A stretch of 63,995 nt of DNA, filler included, from Hausera hauseri (GCA_046269625.1; 12 parts of 12 records of this genome joined end to end with filler, not necessarily neighbours in it); one strand, 5' to 3'. Positions 33,300 to 47,410 are shown, numbered from the whole stretch's first letter. Notes: generated by a model not told the origin, from the letters alone. Program-made: numbers and translations.

Positions 33300-36200
33300 A
33301 AGTTTCGTTTGTGAATTGACGATATACTGTGCAAAATTGAAACGAAATATTACTGCTCGAGAAGCCGGTTCGAATAAGCAGTCGGCATCTAAAGCCTGTG
33401 CAACATCGCTTGTTCGACAGTTGTTCCATTTGGGAGTTATTGAAAAATCGGGAACGCAATTAAAGAAGCCTAAGTCCACGGAGGTATTATTTTAATGTTT
33501 AATTTAGAACGTAGCAGCTATCCGTAAGTCGGCACAATTAGTTAGTATTTTATTGTGAAACTGCTGCCAAATAAAAGTCAATGTCACCCGTAGGCTTATC
33601 ATAGATTATAAGTCTATGTAAGTTTGTTGAAACAGAATATTTAAAAATCGTTTGTTTGAAATGAGACGTCACATTTTATTCTAGATCCCTCCTTTCAAAG
33701 TTACTTTGAATGAGGAATTCCGACAGAATCTTCTTGATACTGTTTCACATCTCGGTCTTCCATTAGCTGAAAAGCCTGATCCATCAAATGCAGAAGAATC
33801 TAATTTGATAGTCAATTACACAATAGTCGATTTTGAGCCACAGAGCCACCATCGTCCGCAAGTCATCCCGTGGTCTCCACCGATGCAGAATTGGAATCCG
33901 TGGATTGCATGTAACATCGACGAAGGAGACGAAGTTTATAAGAATATACTTTTCATTAAATTTATCCGGTTTTCAGGCTTTTATGTCGTTGAGAGATATC
34001 AGTGATCGAATGCGACAGACATTCACACAGAAACTATCATCGGATGTTTCATTACAGAAAATGTTGAGCGAGAGAAAATTATTGCCGGCTGCAGTTAGTG
34101 AAAACGATGTTGTCCAAGCAGTAGTATCTAGTCAAATTGTTTTGATTCGCGGTGAAACGGGTAGTGGGAAAACGACACAAGTGCCACAATATATTCTCGA
34201 TTCTTTCATTCGGTCCAACAGAGGAGCTGAATGTAACATAATTGTCACTCAACCACGCAGAATCTCCGCGATAACACTGGCTGAAAGAGTTTCCAGCGAA
34301 CGTTGTGAGATACTTGGCGATTCTTGTGGTTATTCCGTCAGGTTCGATACCGTTTTACCACGCCCATATGGTGGAATTCTTTATTGTACTGTCGGATCTT
34401 TGTTACGGAAAATGGAAGGGGGTCTCAGAGGGGTTTCACACGTTATTATCGATGAAATCCACGAACGAGATTGCAATACGGATTTTCTAATGATCCTGTT
34501 GAAAGATATGGCAATGGCATATTCACAATTGAAAATTATTTTGATGAGTGCCACTATTGATGTCGAAATGTTCAAAAACTTCTTTCCTTCAGTTTACGTT
34601 CTTGAAATTGAAGGTCGAACACATCCTGTCAGCTGTAATTAATGTTTTGTAAAGGATCAGGTCAAGTGGTTTTCCATAGATTATTTCCTCGAGGATGCTA
34701 TTGAAATGTTGAATTATCAGCCCGATGATTCAGTGAAAAAGAAAAAATCGAAAAATGACGACGGAGATCAGGAAAGTACTGTTGGTGATGCTGATGAGCT
34801 CGATGTAGATTGCAATAAGATTTGTGATAATTCGTATAAGCCGGCGACTAGAATGGCGATGGCAAAGATGTCTGAACGGGAAATACCTCTTGATTTGATT
34901 GAATCGATATTAGGGTGAGTGAACAATGTCGTATTTTTGAATACTGTTCATTTAAGAGTAATGTTCATTTCTTATTACTGTCTCATTTTTCTAGCAAGTA
35001 ATGTTTATTATTGAAAAAAATTCAGGTATATTGACAAAATTGACCCAGACGGCGCTGTTTTGGTGTTTCTTCCTGGATGGAATATAATTCAAATGTTATG
35101 GAAACAGTTGTCAAAACATCCAGTCTATGGTACCCAGCGCTATTTAATCCTACCGTTGCATTCTCAAATCACTCGAGAAGATCAACGGAAAGTATTCTAT
35201 CCGCCCAGAAGCGGTGTACGGAAAATCATCCTGTCAACAAATATCGCCGAAAGTAGTATAACGATCAACGACGTCATGTTTGTCATTGATTCATGTCGCG
35301 CAAAAATCAAAACATTCACATCACGTAACAATCTGACGAGTTACAACACGGTTTGGGCATCGAAAACGAATTTAGAACAACGACGAGGTCGTGCCGGTCG
35401 AGTTCGGGAAGGGTATGCATTTCATCTGTGCAGCCGGAATCGATTTGATCGATTGGAGACTCATCAGATTCCGGAAATGCTTCGAACTCCTCTCCACGAG
35501 TTGTTACTGATGATTAAATTACTTCGACTGGGTGATTGTCAGACATTCTTATCGAAGGCCCTTCAGCAACCGCCGATAGATGCCATAATAGACGCCGAAT
35601 ATTTACTGAAGGAAATGAAGGCGTTCGACAAGAACGACGAATTGACGCCGTTGGGGAAAATTCTAGCTCGACTTCCCATTGAACCACGAATGGGTAAAAT
35701 GCTTATATTCAGTTGTGCATTCGGTGTGTCGTATGCCTGTTCGCTGATCGCAGCATGTACGTCATTCGGTGAACCATTCGTCATGCCGCCGGACAGGAAA
35801 CGGTTGAGTAGAGTTCAAGTGGATTTTGCGTGCAATCGTCATTCGGACCACGTTGCAATGTTGAACGCATTTCAGAAATGGAACGGCATCAAACACCGTG
35901 GAGAGGACGTCGAACATTCGTTCTGTGAAAACAAAGGTCTCAGTTTATCGGCACTGAAAACGTCCAGTGAGGCTGCGTCGCAAATTCGTTCGATTCTCGT
36001 CAATTCGGGATTTCCCGAGGATTGTATGTATTCACAGAATTACGATTTCTTCACGGACAATTCATCAATTGACGTCATTGTCACTCTGCTGGTTCTCGGT
36101 CTCTATCCGAATGTTTGTTATCACAAAGAAAAAAGGAAAGTTCTTACAACGGAAGGCAAACCGGCGCTTGTCCACAAATCGTCCGTCAACTGTAACAATT

Positions 36201-37111
36201 TCATCAACACTTTCCCATTGCCGTTTTTTATATTCGGAGAGAAAATTCGTACACGCGCAATTTCCTGTAAACAAATGTCGATGGTAAATCCGTTGCAGTT
36301 GTTGTTGCTCGGTGCCAGGAAGGTGACATTTGTCGAGGAGAAAATTGTCGTTGACGATTGGTTGACTCTCGATATGGATTTTGAGGCGGCTGTCCACATT
36401 TTGGCGTTAAAGCCGGCAATGGAAGGTTTGCTTGTCAAGGCGTGTTTGAATCCTGAAATGGTGATGAATCCTGATGAGAATGACCAAAAAATAATAAACA
36501 TCGTCACGCAGTTGAGTTCGGATGCGGCGTGTATTTACGAATCTGCGAATATCGACTCGACGAACTCATCGAAACGGAAATTTCCTTTTGCCGGTGAACG
36601 TCCGACGCTAGCGAGTGGGTTTGGTGGTCTTAATAAGTATCCCAGAACGAGTAGAGGGGATTTTAGAGGGTCTCGTGGTTATGGATATGGGCAGCAATTT
36701 CGGCAAAATAGTTACGACAATGCGCCAAGAGATTTTCCGTTGAGACCACCGGGATCTCAGAATAGACAACCATTTCGTACTCCAATGGGACGTCCTTCTC
36801 CATTAGGTCAGGGAATGTCGAATTACGGTCAAGGACCTTCACGTTTCCCTTATCCTGGAATGTTGGGTGTGGGTTCAGAGGCCCAGGATAATAGTTGGCG
36901 ACAATCTCAGGACAGTTACAATGATGGGAACGGGTATGGGGAACGAGATGCAGCGACATATGGAGGCTATAATAATCAAGAATATAAGAGAGAAGGGGAT
37001 TACAAGAATAATGATGAATATGGACAACAGCAGTATGTGGATTCATTTGCGAACAGACCGCGATATCCAATGCAACAAAATTCGTCGCAGAGCTACCGTA
37101 TGGACTCTTAA
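33300..37111 (+). CDS. DHX9: ATP-dependent RNA helicase A (DHX9/Maleless), spliced, 5' exons missing
   Basis: Exons ~33300-33483, 33685-33933, 33977-34634, 34680-34914, 35026-37111, joined in frame by GT-AG introns of 201, 43, 45 and 111 nt. dsRBD2 ([28 protein letters not shown]), [31 protein letters not shown]-rich tail. Confidence 0.95.
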
Positions 37112-39327
37112 ATTTCATTCAAATTTATCGTTTTGCAATTTTTAGGACCGACGGGTTTTACTCCGAGATTTCGATAAAATTGTAGATGGATTATTGTTCT
37201 CATTAGTTAGCGTTTTGTCTTTTCGTAAACTGTGGTAATAAACGTTTAACTTCTTTTTTCTGTACTTGTTGATAAAATAAATTGTTCATTGGATGGCATT
37301 TTGATAAATTGATTAAATATCCTACTTGATATGGTGATGTCGGATTAGTGTTCAAATTCCTCTTATAAATGTGATGTATTCATACAATTTTTGGTCATTC
37401 TTTTTGGTTGAATGTCGACGTGGTTTATGGTCAAGTGAGGTATAAAAGTCCATTAAAAATGTGAATTTGAAGTTTTGTGCATGAAATTAAAAACTTATTT
37501 CGTTGGCCACTAAATTATAATAAACTTTTATAACTTTGAATGACTTTCAATTTATTTGTTTATTTTGTAAAAGGGTAAGAGATTTGTGAGTAACGTAATT
37601 TGACAGTTGGGGTTATAGAGTACGTTGAAAGTTTTGTCCTAGTGGCATTATCTACTAAATTTCGATTTCTAATTTAGTACTTGAAAATTAAATAGTCCCT
37701 ACTGTCAGATTGCGTGTGTGGAATAAATAAGTAAAATTCTTGGTACTCAGGTTTTATCCTTGTGATACCATCTGAAGACGGGTTGTTAAGTCGATTCTTG
37801 ACGACTCACTAAAATCTCTGACCCCAAATAAATGTACAAATAATAGAAATATCTACCTAATTCGTGTTTCTAACTTGCATCGCCCTCCCGATACCAGTTG
37901 TATACAGATAAATCATTTCTCAATAACAAACTCGCGTTAGTTTTGAAATCGAACTCACTATAAGGCTAAGACTAGCCCGACCTTCAACTGTTAAAGCAAA
38001 TTGGAAACAATCACTAATTTAACAATATAGAAAACTTCAGTTCACAATAATAATTTCATTCTTCTGTCTAAGTACGATATGTAAAATTGGGTAGAAAAGT
38101 CGCATACATATCCATGTGACACAGGACGAAACTAGCCATTCAAAATGATCGCTTTTTCGACCTTTTTGTCGACAAATATAAAATTTTTACAAATAGAATT
38201 TGCAGAAAATGTAATTTGGTCAAAATTCTTAAGCCCAATTATGAAAAATTAAATTTTTTTATTAAAAAGACTTAAACACTAACGAAAAAAAACCCAAAGT
38301 AAAATAAGTTACCGATTTATAGAAAAAAACGTTATTAAACGTAATCAAGTGTTGCTACTGAACGCTAACTGCGAATCAGCTCTCTTTAAAGCACCTTCAA
38401 ACAACACAATGTTACCCTCAGGCAAACGTACTGATTGAGCGTTTCCATCAGACACACAAAACATATTTAAAAATATTTGCAGATACAGTGCTAACTGGTT
38501 AACAGTTTTTTCTTATGCTTTACTCGGTTGGCAAAAATACTATCGTAATTTTATACTACTAGAACAGAGGTGACTCCCAGTGAACAGACTATTAAAACAA
38601 CACAACAGCATTTCTTAAAATTAAGTGAAGAGTCACAACCATAAACCATTTCTTCCAGCGAACCTTTATACGGCGAAGTTCGTCTAGGTAAAAAACTGAA
38701 CGAAGTTCGTATCCGAGCTTTCTTATATAGGATCGCTTGAGTTGTTGGAGCTAACGTCACAACGCTAAAATTCTCTTGTTCACTTTTCTAACGTTAAACC
38801 AGCTTTCTTCGTTGACGATAATCCCAGCAATTATTCCGAACAGCCAACTGTCACCAACCCTACATTTGCAGACTTTGCCAACGGTTAACACCTCACACTA
38901 ATGTAAATCCTTAGAAATGATTTATAGTCCGTTGTTCTTCTTGACTCTTCCGATTCTGAAATTTCTGCACCTTTACCGCTTTGTCAAATTCATCCGGTTA
39001 TTTATCCTAGCTCTTCATCAATCAGACGAGTGACTTTTACTCTGCCCAATGAGACCGCCTCTTTCTCAGATGTTGCCGACCCTTTAAACTAAAATGCGTT
39101 AAAATGTCTGAAAAAGTATTTTCCGTAAATTTATCCTATAGGGAAGAGTTGTTGGCAGTTTGCGGCAGATTCATGGTTTTTTACTTTTACTGATATCGTT
39201 TCGTCGAGTTATTGTCGGTATTACTGGAATCGTTTTTTTCTAACAAATATTACAGTTTTTGAGATCTTTCCAAAATTGAATATTTTTTTATTTTGGCCAA
39301 CTATTACAGAAGTATTTTTATTCGAAT

Positions 39328-39876
39328 CAGGTTGTTGGTGTTGCTACTGAGAATCTCAACAAAATCATCGATATAAACCATTATCCGGTTGAAGAAGCGA
39401 AACGTTCGAATTTTCGACATAGACCAATTGGTATTGGTGTCCAAGGACTGGCCGATACGTTTGCCACGATGCGCTATCCATTTGACTCACCGGATGCGTG
39501 TGATTTGAATCGTCGAATATTTGAGACGATCTATTTCGGTGCGTTGAAGAAGTCGTGTGAATTAGCAAAACGTTATGGGAAATATGACACGTACGATGGT
39601 TCTCCTGTCATTGGAATGTAGTTTGAATGTCCAATGTAATAGGTCCATTGGGCTTGTCGAAATGTTGCAGGTTTACAATTATACTGCACGATATGTGTAT
39701 CAGGGTGGAAACAAACGACCGGGTGCATTTGCCATTTATTTGGAACCGTGGCATTCGGATATTTTCGATTTTCTACAGTTGCGGAAAAACCACGGCGATG
39801 AATCGAAGAAAGCTCGCGATTTGTTTCTGGCATTGTGGATTCCGGATTTGTTTATGAAACGTGTACAGAATAACGA
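39328..39876 (+). pseudogene. RRM1: Ribonucleotide reductase large subunit, two fragments in scrambled order
   Basis: 39328-39609: [35 protein letters not shown]...YDGSPV (mid/late region). 39645-39876: [23 protein letters not shown]...[18 protein letters not shown] (an earlier region). Confidence 0.9.
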
Positions 39877-40013
39877 NNNNNNNNNNNNNNNNNNNNNNNN
39901 NNNNNNNNNNNNNNNNNNNNTTAATTAATTAANNNNNNNNNNNNNNNNNNNNNNNNNNNNNNNNNNNNNNNNNNNNAGCGTGCGGAAATGGAGATGGATT
40001 TAGGATATCCATA

Positions 40014-41275
40014 ATGAAAACATTGCAACCGCAGATAAGAGAATTACGCGAAACAGCCCAGGTCGGACATGCGGTATTAATGAACTATGAGTTACCTGAA
40101 GCAGATAATGATGCCGAGTGGGATGAATATCTCCAAGGTCTAAACGAACGAAGTCAAAGAACTCCAATACAAATTTTTCAGTCACCTATTGGTACCCAAA
40201 AGACAAAATTCGACGTGCAAATGCTACTTGATCCCACAATAGCCGAAAAGGAACTGAGCAATGTGTTGAAAATAAATACAAATAAAGATAGATTAAGGAA
40301 ATTGATTCCAACCTTGACCAAACTATCTAGTGAAAACACTGCATACAGCGCTATACCTAAGCTCCTAATAAGAGAATACGCTAAATTGCTAAGAAATATA
40401 CCAGAAACGGAACTTAAAGTGAAGGTATCATCCTAATGGATAGGAATTTGAGTGCACTACCTATACCACTGTTGCGGATAATGGATAAGGATGATAGGAA
40501 AGGAATTAGTTATCAACTATATTTCACAGGTAGGATATTAGATGATCTAGAATCCTTAATAGACGTAGGGATTATACCTCTCGAGGAAAATCGAATAATA
40601 GCAATAATTATCAGTGAGCAAACTAAAGATGAAGCCATGAGAAAGACACATCAGTGCATTGTGTTGGGAAAATCATGGGGATTCAGGATGCCGCAATGTA
40701 TTTCGAATACTTACATACTGATGACGACAAACCTCAATATGATAAAAATTTAGTTCCTTTAATTAAAGCGTCACTACCGACGAAACCGAAACGACTACAA
40801 CGCAGACCTATTTAGAGAATTGAGACAACTATCGGTACCAACCCCGAGTTCAGATAATGAAGAACTAATTAAACTAATGAAAGATCTAATAAGGATAGTC
40901 AATTATACCGGACTCCAAGGCGACATATTATCCGAAAAAGAAAGAATAATATATAATATAGCCCGGGCGATGAAGACTTCGAGAGTTAAATTATCTAAAA
41001 GCACCCTCCTCGATGAAACAGTAATTGATACAATTATGATAGACAATACGATGGAAGAATTAAGGAAAGTCTTGATATTTTTAGCAGTAAGAACTAACCA
41101 ATTCCAGGAAAACAATTTTGACAAGACAATTGGGCTAGCTAGAAAAGCTGCGAGAAGGGTACCTAAAGAAATAAAATGGACTAAATTATTCGAAAAAGAG
41201 GACAATACAAAAGGGACTAATAACTTAGAGGACATGATACAAAATATCTCCCAGAACAAAGGGAACGAATCCAAT
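40014..41275 (+). pseudogene. Unknown polyprotein region upstream of, and partly in frame with, the glycoprotein
   Basis: Consecutive A-rich ORFs (40014, 40436, 40820) broken by frameshifts. The last one runs into an internal signal peptide. Confidence 0.5.
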
Positions 41276-43113
41276 TGGTTAATCAACTTGCTGACGATAA
41301 TGATGCTAATAAAGCAGATAGGAGCAGTCACCATATACGACTGTGTCAAATTCAAGGTGGGTCAGAAATATTCCTTAAAGAACTTGGAAACATGTGAGGA
41401 TGCGAGACCCCATAAGCTTGAGACAATGTAAAAAAATAAATACTATATCAACAGCGCGAATAAATAACAATGGATGCAGTGTAATGCATGATATGGTGAT
41501 CCCGCAGAATATTTCATTGTGGTAATATGCACGTCCCTTCTTCAATAATCAAACCAACCACACCATTAATTCCAATGAACGTGGACTGTCAACACTGTTT
41601 AGGAACCCGGATAACCGATAAAATGGTTTGGGACTGCATGGAATAAGAAGCCCAAGAAGGAAAGATAATTAGAGCTTACAAAGTGGCAGTAGGAAAATTA
41701 AACATGCGCACCGGTGACTGCGTCGGAGTGGAATATAACATTGGAAAAGAAAAAGAAAGGGTAGTAGTCGTAGATTTTTATGAAACCGAGTTAAGATCCC
41801 TAAAAGCAATGTTCCTTAGTGTTACCAAATTATTTATTAAAAATCAAAAATGTCTCATTCAAGATGGTGCTTGTACGTTCCGAAGTTCAGTTATTGTATG
41901 GAGCCCACCTTCCAACAGAGATTGTAATTTCATCAAAATTAAAGAGTTAAAGTTCAACAAGACCACCGGAAAACGTTATCCAAATAAATTACACACCAAT
42001 ACCAGATCAAGGGAAGACGTAATAGAACACCCCACACGAACGATATTGATATAAGATACGCAAGGGTTAAAGTTTATTAGAAAAAATATGTTAACACGTT
42101 GTGATGTAGTTATGTATGCCACTAACTACGAAGCGTTTTTTGTAGCAGAAACGGAAATCGACAAAAAAGATATGATTTGAAAACACAAGATGTGCGGATC
42201 GAGGATTACCTCAAAAATCAAGACGACAATTTCTATTATAAAGGACAGACCGAAATAGCAGAGCTATACGACAAGTTGAAAACAAATAACTGCAGATTAG
42301 GTACTGAAGTCATGAGAACCAAACTGGTTTTGATTTATGCCAACCCAGAATTGGTATCACCAATTATACCAATAAAAGAAGGTGTCTTCGGGCGAGTTAC
42401 CGGCGATGTCCTATTAACTTACGAATGCGAAAAAGAGACGTGCCGATAAATGTAGAAGAAAAAAGATGCGTGCAACAATTACTGGTCATTTATGAGAATA
42501 TGCCAAAGCTAGCGATGCCCCTCACAAGAGTATTACTGGTAAACTTGACCGAACCAACGATATTGAAGGAATGTAAAAGGAGCTTAGGTAAACCCATGTT
42601 CCAACGCAGTGGAACCGACTGGATAAGTTTACCTAATGGAGACGCAGCTGCAGCCCCTAGTAAGCTAACTGGGACAAATCTAGTCAAAGGATTATTAGAG
42701 GAAAAGTTCGAGGACACGGCCAATAAAGGAATTTATAGACCAAAAGATATAGAAGCTTTTAGGCAATTCTTAGCATTTCCACGACAGCGAACTTATAAAC
42801 TGAATCGGGCTATGTCAATGGTCATGGACGACACCCGCTTTCAAGCGAAATAGGAGTCGCTGCTCGGCGCTAATGACTATCAAAGAGTAACTTCAGAGAT
42901 ATTGTATAAGATTTGGGAAAGATTTTTGATTTTTGGACAAGCTGCATATGGATTTCTAGCTATTTACTTTTAATTCATTTAATTAAGGCAGTAATCCAAG
43001 CCATTATAAACGTATATGAAATATTCACATTAACAGGATTTTCCTGCAAAATTTTGACTGCAATTATTACGCCCTTTGGAAAGATACTTAAGGTCTACAA
43101 ACAAAATGGATGA
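41276..43113 (+). pseudogene. Chuvirus-like (gB-related class III) envelope glycoprotein, decayed
   Basis: Signal peptide WLINLLTIMMLIKQIGA followed by VTIYDC; FHCG; CLIQDGACT...IVW; C....YATNY; G...GDVLLTYEC; C...L.V.Y; PLTRVL; GIYRPKDIEAFRQFLAFP; C-terminal TM then TGFSCKILTAI. Recognised from the motif and Cys pattern only. Confidence 0.78.
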
Positions 43114-43779
43114 AAAAATGACGTTGAACGCCACGTCGGGTACTATAATCGCAAACGACGAGAGATACCTTCGATTTTGTATAGACATCAAAACACGAAA
43201 ACAGTAATACGAAAGAATGGATCAGACAATGTCGATCCTAAGGGAGGAGAAGAGAGTTCCAGAAATAAGATGCGCAAGATATATTCAGTGATTAACGCAC
43301 CATTGCCCTTCATGCCACCAACCGCACCCGTATACGAGATTGCGACCGAAGATCAGTCATGCCGTATAAGTCCGAGATTTACCAAAAGCCTATGTATAAA
43401 AAAAAAAGCCTATTGACTATGAATTCTTTTACGAAAGAACGAAACATTATGGAGTACTACGGGAAATGAGTGTCCTTAACCACGGACTTACAAAAAACGA
43501 CCGCGGGATATAATACTCGAAAAGAATGCCTCATCACATAGAATAGAAATCGATTATTTGGGAGGACCCGAAATTGTGTTCGATCCCAGGTCCACTACCT
43601 CAAGAACCGCTCATCGGCAGTCGTGTAAATAAAATAGCGAATAGTAATTTTTACCCGAGCGGAGAATTAAGACAATTAAGGGAAAATATCGTTTCGTCCC
43701 CATAAATAACGATAAATGGACACCTAATCTCCACTATAAAACCGCCAAAGATAGCGTCTAATTGCTTCGGGACAGTAGC

Positions 43780-44110
43780 ATAAGGAAGGCCTTTTGCAAA
43801 AGTATACATTGAAGACTGGAAAGTATATGCTTTAATCGACACAGGATCAGAAAAATCATTTACAAAATACGAATACATACCAACCACATTGCGGCAACAC
43901 TATACCGGCCATCATCATCGGGCCCAGGTAGCGTAGGAGTATTCGGACAAATATCGAAACCAAAATTTAAGTGGACACCCACCATTTATATGATGAGCCA
44001 AGCGCTTCAACACGAATTTGCGATCATGGACTAGTTAACAGATGATATAGTACTAAGTTGTGATATATTGAAACAGATACCCGGTCTGGCAATCGATTTG
44101 CATAGAGGGA
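43780..44110 (+). pseudogene. Retropepsin aspartic protease
   Basis: AKVYIEDWKVYALIDTGSEKSF (DTG at 43838-43846) and downstream DIVLSCDILKQ. Confidence 0.8.
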
Positions 44111-44879
44111 AACTACTAGAGCTCGGACCAATTGAGGGAACAAAAGTAATAAAAGAAATGAAATATGAATTCCAGTAGATGAAGACATTCCACCTAGGAC
44201 TTAAATGTTGATTTTTNNNNNNNNNNNNNNNNNNNNNNNNNNNNNNNNNNNNNNNNNNNNTTAATTAATTAANNNNNNNNNNNNNNNNNNNNNNNNNNNN
44301 NNNNNNNNNNNNNNNNTTGTTTGCACATCTTATATTTTATTCCTCTTACGATTTAATAACAAGTAAATAAGTAAGATCATAAGTCATTGGTCACACAAGC
44401 CATCCAGGTCAAACCTACCTGACGGCATCCAGTATAATAATAAATAAATAAGTGCCAAGTAAACCTTAAGATCTAGTCAATTAAAAACCAGCCTCTGAGG
44501 CCACTATTACCCAACACATTACCTATAGCATAATGATAGGTACGATACACGCATCTGTCTCGCTCTATTTGAAGTATCTAAGATTTGCGAACGAAGCAAC
44601 CTTGTTCTTCTCATAAATTTGATTAACGTTCAATTAATAAGTCTCTCATAACGCAAATTGGTGGGGACTGAACAGCATCATGTGATAAGTCTAATACGTG
44701 TTTTGTTCCTTTGGAACCACTAATAGATCTTTTCGTATTTAGCATCCAGATTCTGCCGAGTGATAATTTAATTGTTCTCAAATTCCGTCAAATCCAGAAA
44801 AGTTTGTTGTATTCGCCCCGTCTCACAATACACGAATAATTTGCATCACATCTTTATCTCTGGCAGTACTGGATGCTAT

Positions 44880-46760
44880 CAAATTAAAATTAATTATATA
44901 ACGTTATCCATATGATTCGCACTTTCTCGTATCTCGATGCGAGATAAAGCATCTGCAAGAATATTTTGTTTTCCTGGAATGTATTTCCATTCGAAGTCAA
45001 AAGGCGTCATCGCTAAAAAAATCTGGAAGAAATTTCGTTTGGAGGTTTTTTTCCAAAGCGCTAATAATGGCTGATGATCTACAAACATTGTGCATTTTAA
45101 GCCTAATATAAAGTATTGAAATGTCTTCATGGCATACGGTACGCCTAACATTTCTTTTTCTATTTGCGAATAATTCCGTTAAATTTCTGACAATTTCCTG
45201 GACGCGAACGGTACCGGTCTTTTCATTCTGCAAACCATCTGACTATATAACGATAAGGTATCTTTTTGCTGCTTTTTTCAACCGATCCCATTATTTTTCG
45301 GCATATCGTTCCATTGCCAGGTGTCTTCTCCGCAACAATTTCATAGAGGCTGTACAATCAAACTGATATGTGGTACATTCGCAGATCCCACGTGCGGCGC
45401 CGCGGTTTCGGTCACGACCACAATGTCCAGCATGACGAACACCCTTTTGGACCCTTTAGTCCAGATCGGTGACGTTTCTGGCTGGTTTATTGCAGTCGGT
45501 GCTTGTTGGCTGCATGTATATCACCAATATCCTTTGCCGAAATTTTTCGATTGTCAATACACTGATCGATTCCTCCAAACGAAGACAGTTTATCTAATTT
45601 GGCAAATCTCTCTAAGACTTTTATCATGCAATGAAAATATTAGATAAACCTGAATACTTGACATCAGCTACAACATCAAATTCGTTTTGTTATATTTGCA
45701 AAATCTCAAAGAACGAAATGACTAAAAATTTACAATTTATGACTCTGCAATTATCATGAGAAAGTTCATCTTAATTTACAGCAACATCTTATGGATTATT
45801 TCAGAAATACTGAAGAATCGAAACTGGTCGCTGAAATTCTGCTCATTGTTTCCCATATTTTCTGCGAGTCCGTGTCGCTTATTAATGTCTTTTTTATTTT
45901 ACGTAATCCAATCAAAATATCCGAAATGGATTTTTCTAAATTTGAAATATGACCAATTGTCAAGCAATGTAAATAACGTCCAAGTGCACTGGAGAATCTA
46001 TAAGACTGATTTGCTCGTTTTTGATATTGTATTTAAAAAAATTTTTTGTTCTTTTGTTTGAACCCAAAAACTGAAGGTCAGGCACAGTCAACAGTTTCAA
46101 TTTCGATATTACCATTTATATTTACCAAAAATTTCGTATCTCATTCATACGATTTTTATACCAAATTTTTTCCAGAAAATAAATGTACTTTTGTGTCATA
46201 TCGTTTTGTCAAATTCCGATTGAAATTTACCGGATTTTAAAATTTGGGATGCTCGAACCTGATTATCATCAGGGCAGGTTTAGGCACCACGAATAATTTT
46301 CTTTATTGTTGGAATATTTCCTTTGTTCACGTTTGTCAGGCGGAAGAAAATATTAAAAGAAAAACGAATGCCATGTAATTTTCTAGACCCAGTAAACTTC
46401 TGCATTGGTGTATATTTTATTGTGCATCAAGTTTTGATGATTTTCTTATTGCATCGTCCTCGAGCTTTACTTTTCCATCCTCCTAGTTTTATACAAGAAA
46501 TTGAACTCATCATAATCTCGCATTTTGCTTCATTTAGAGCAACTCCGGCATCTGTTCATCTCAACAGAACTTCTTCCAGTGTTTTTCTACCTAATCGTCC
46601 AAGTAGTTAATTACATTTGGGACTCTCCAATAACTGGGCTAATTTTTCTTGACAATTCATCGAAGCACGTTTTAGTCCAAATGATAATCGCTTCCACGTA
46701 AATGTCCTAAATGAAGTACCAAAATTTGGAATCCATTGCCTGAGAATGCGTCTTTTGGAT
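44880..46760 (-). mobile_element. Highly decayed Ty3/Gypsy pol (RT/RNase H fragments)
   Basis: FVDHQPLL...WKYIPGKQNILADALSR (44894-45151) and RT-like TSFRTFTWKRLSFGL (~46670-46720). Confidence 0.75.
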
Positions 46761-46779
46761 CTGGTAATCCTTCATAAAT

Positions 46780-47410
46780 AGATAATCTATCTTTGCCAAA
46801 CTGATTTTGCAATCGCAATAGTTTTTCATCTTCTGGGATTCAATTGAGAAGTAATTCATTCGTGAATATTTTCATGAAATATTCAAAGTCATATCTGGAG
46901 GGGAAAGGTTGAAAACTGCCTTGACATGGACCTTTTCTCATTCTGCGCCTGGTTTGTATTGTTTATCTTGGCCACTAAATATGTGCTGTTTCCACAATAA
47001 GATTTTTGATAAAAACAAAATTTAAATTCGCCGAAAACATTATTGATATAAACAAATTGTTTTATTTATTTTCTTTTTTGGATTTTCGCATTCGACGCAG
47101 AGCTCTCCGCTTTTTTCAGACACCAATGGCTCTCTTATACAAACTCGGTTGCAAAGTCTAGCCTCTACTATACGACATCTAGCAGTATATTTTTTGATAG
47201 AGGTAAAAGTTGCAAATGGGTTGAGTTTGGCCATACGAAAAATCAAACTCTTTTTTGGTAGTTTTTCAAGGCTTTCTGACTGTGGCCGTTTGTTCACCTC
47301 ACAACATGCATAAAATTTTTTAATTACTGTTGAAATTGCTGACTGAATGACGCTCAGGAGATTTGGAATCTCCACTTTCGTGTGGCTCTTTTTGCGAGCT
47401 TCAAATAATG
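46780..47410 (-). mobile_element. Tc1-like transposase remnant
   Basis: HTH-like EIPNLLSVIQSAISTVIKKF...RMAKLNPFAT...RCRIVEARL..RV....PL, plus a degenerate SPD motif near 46890. Confidence 0.55.

Noticed and set aside
37772-37800. CTGAAGA as a second hammerhead core
   Set aside because: No stem II closed by GAAA downstream.
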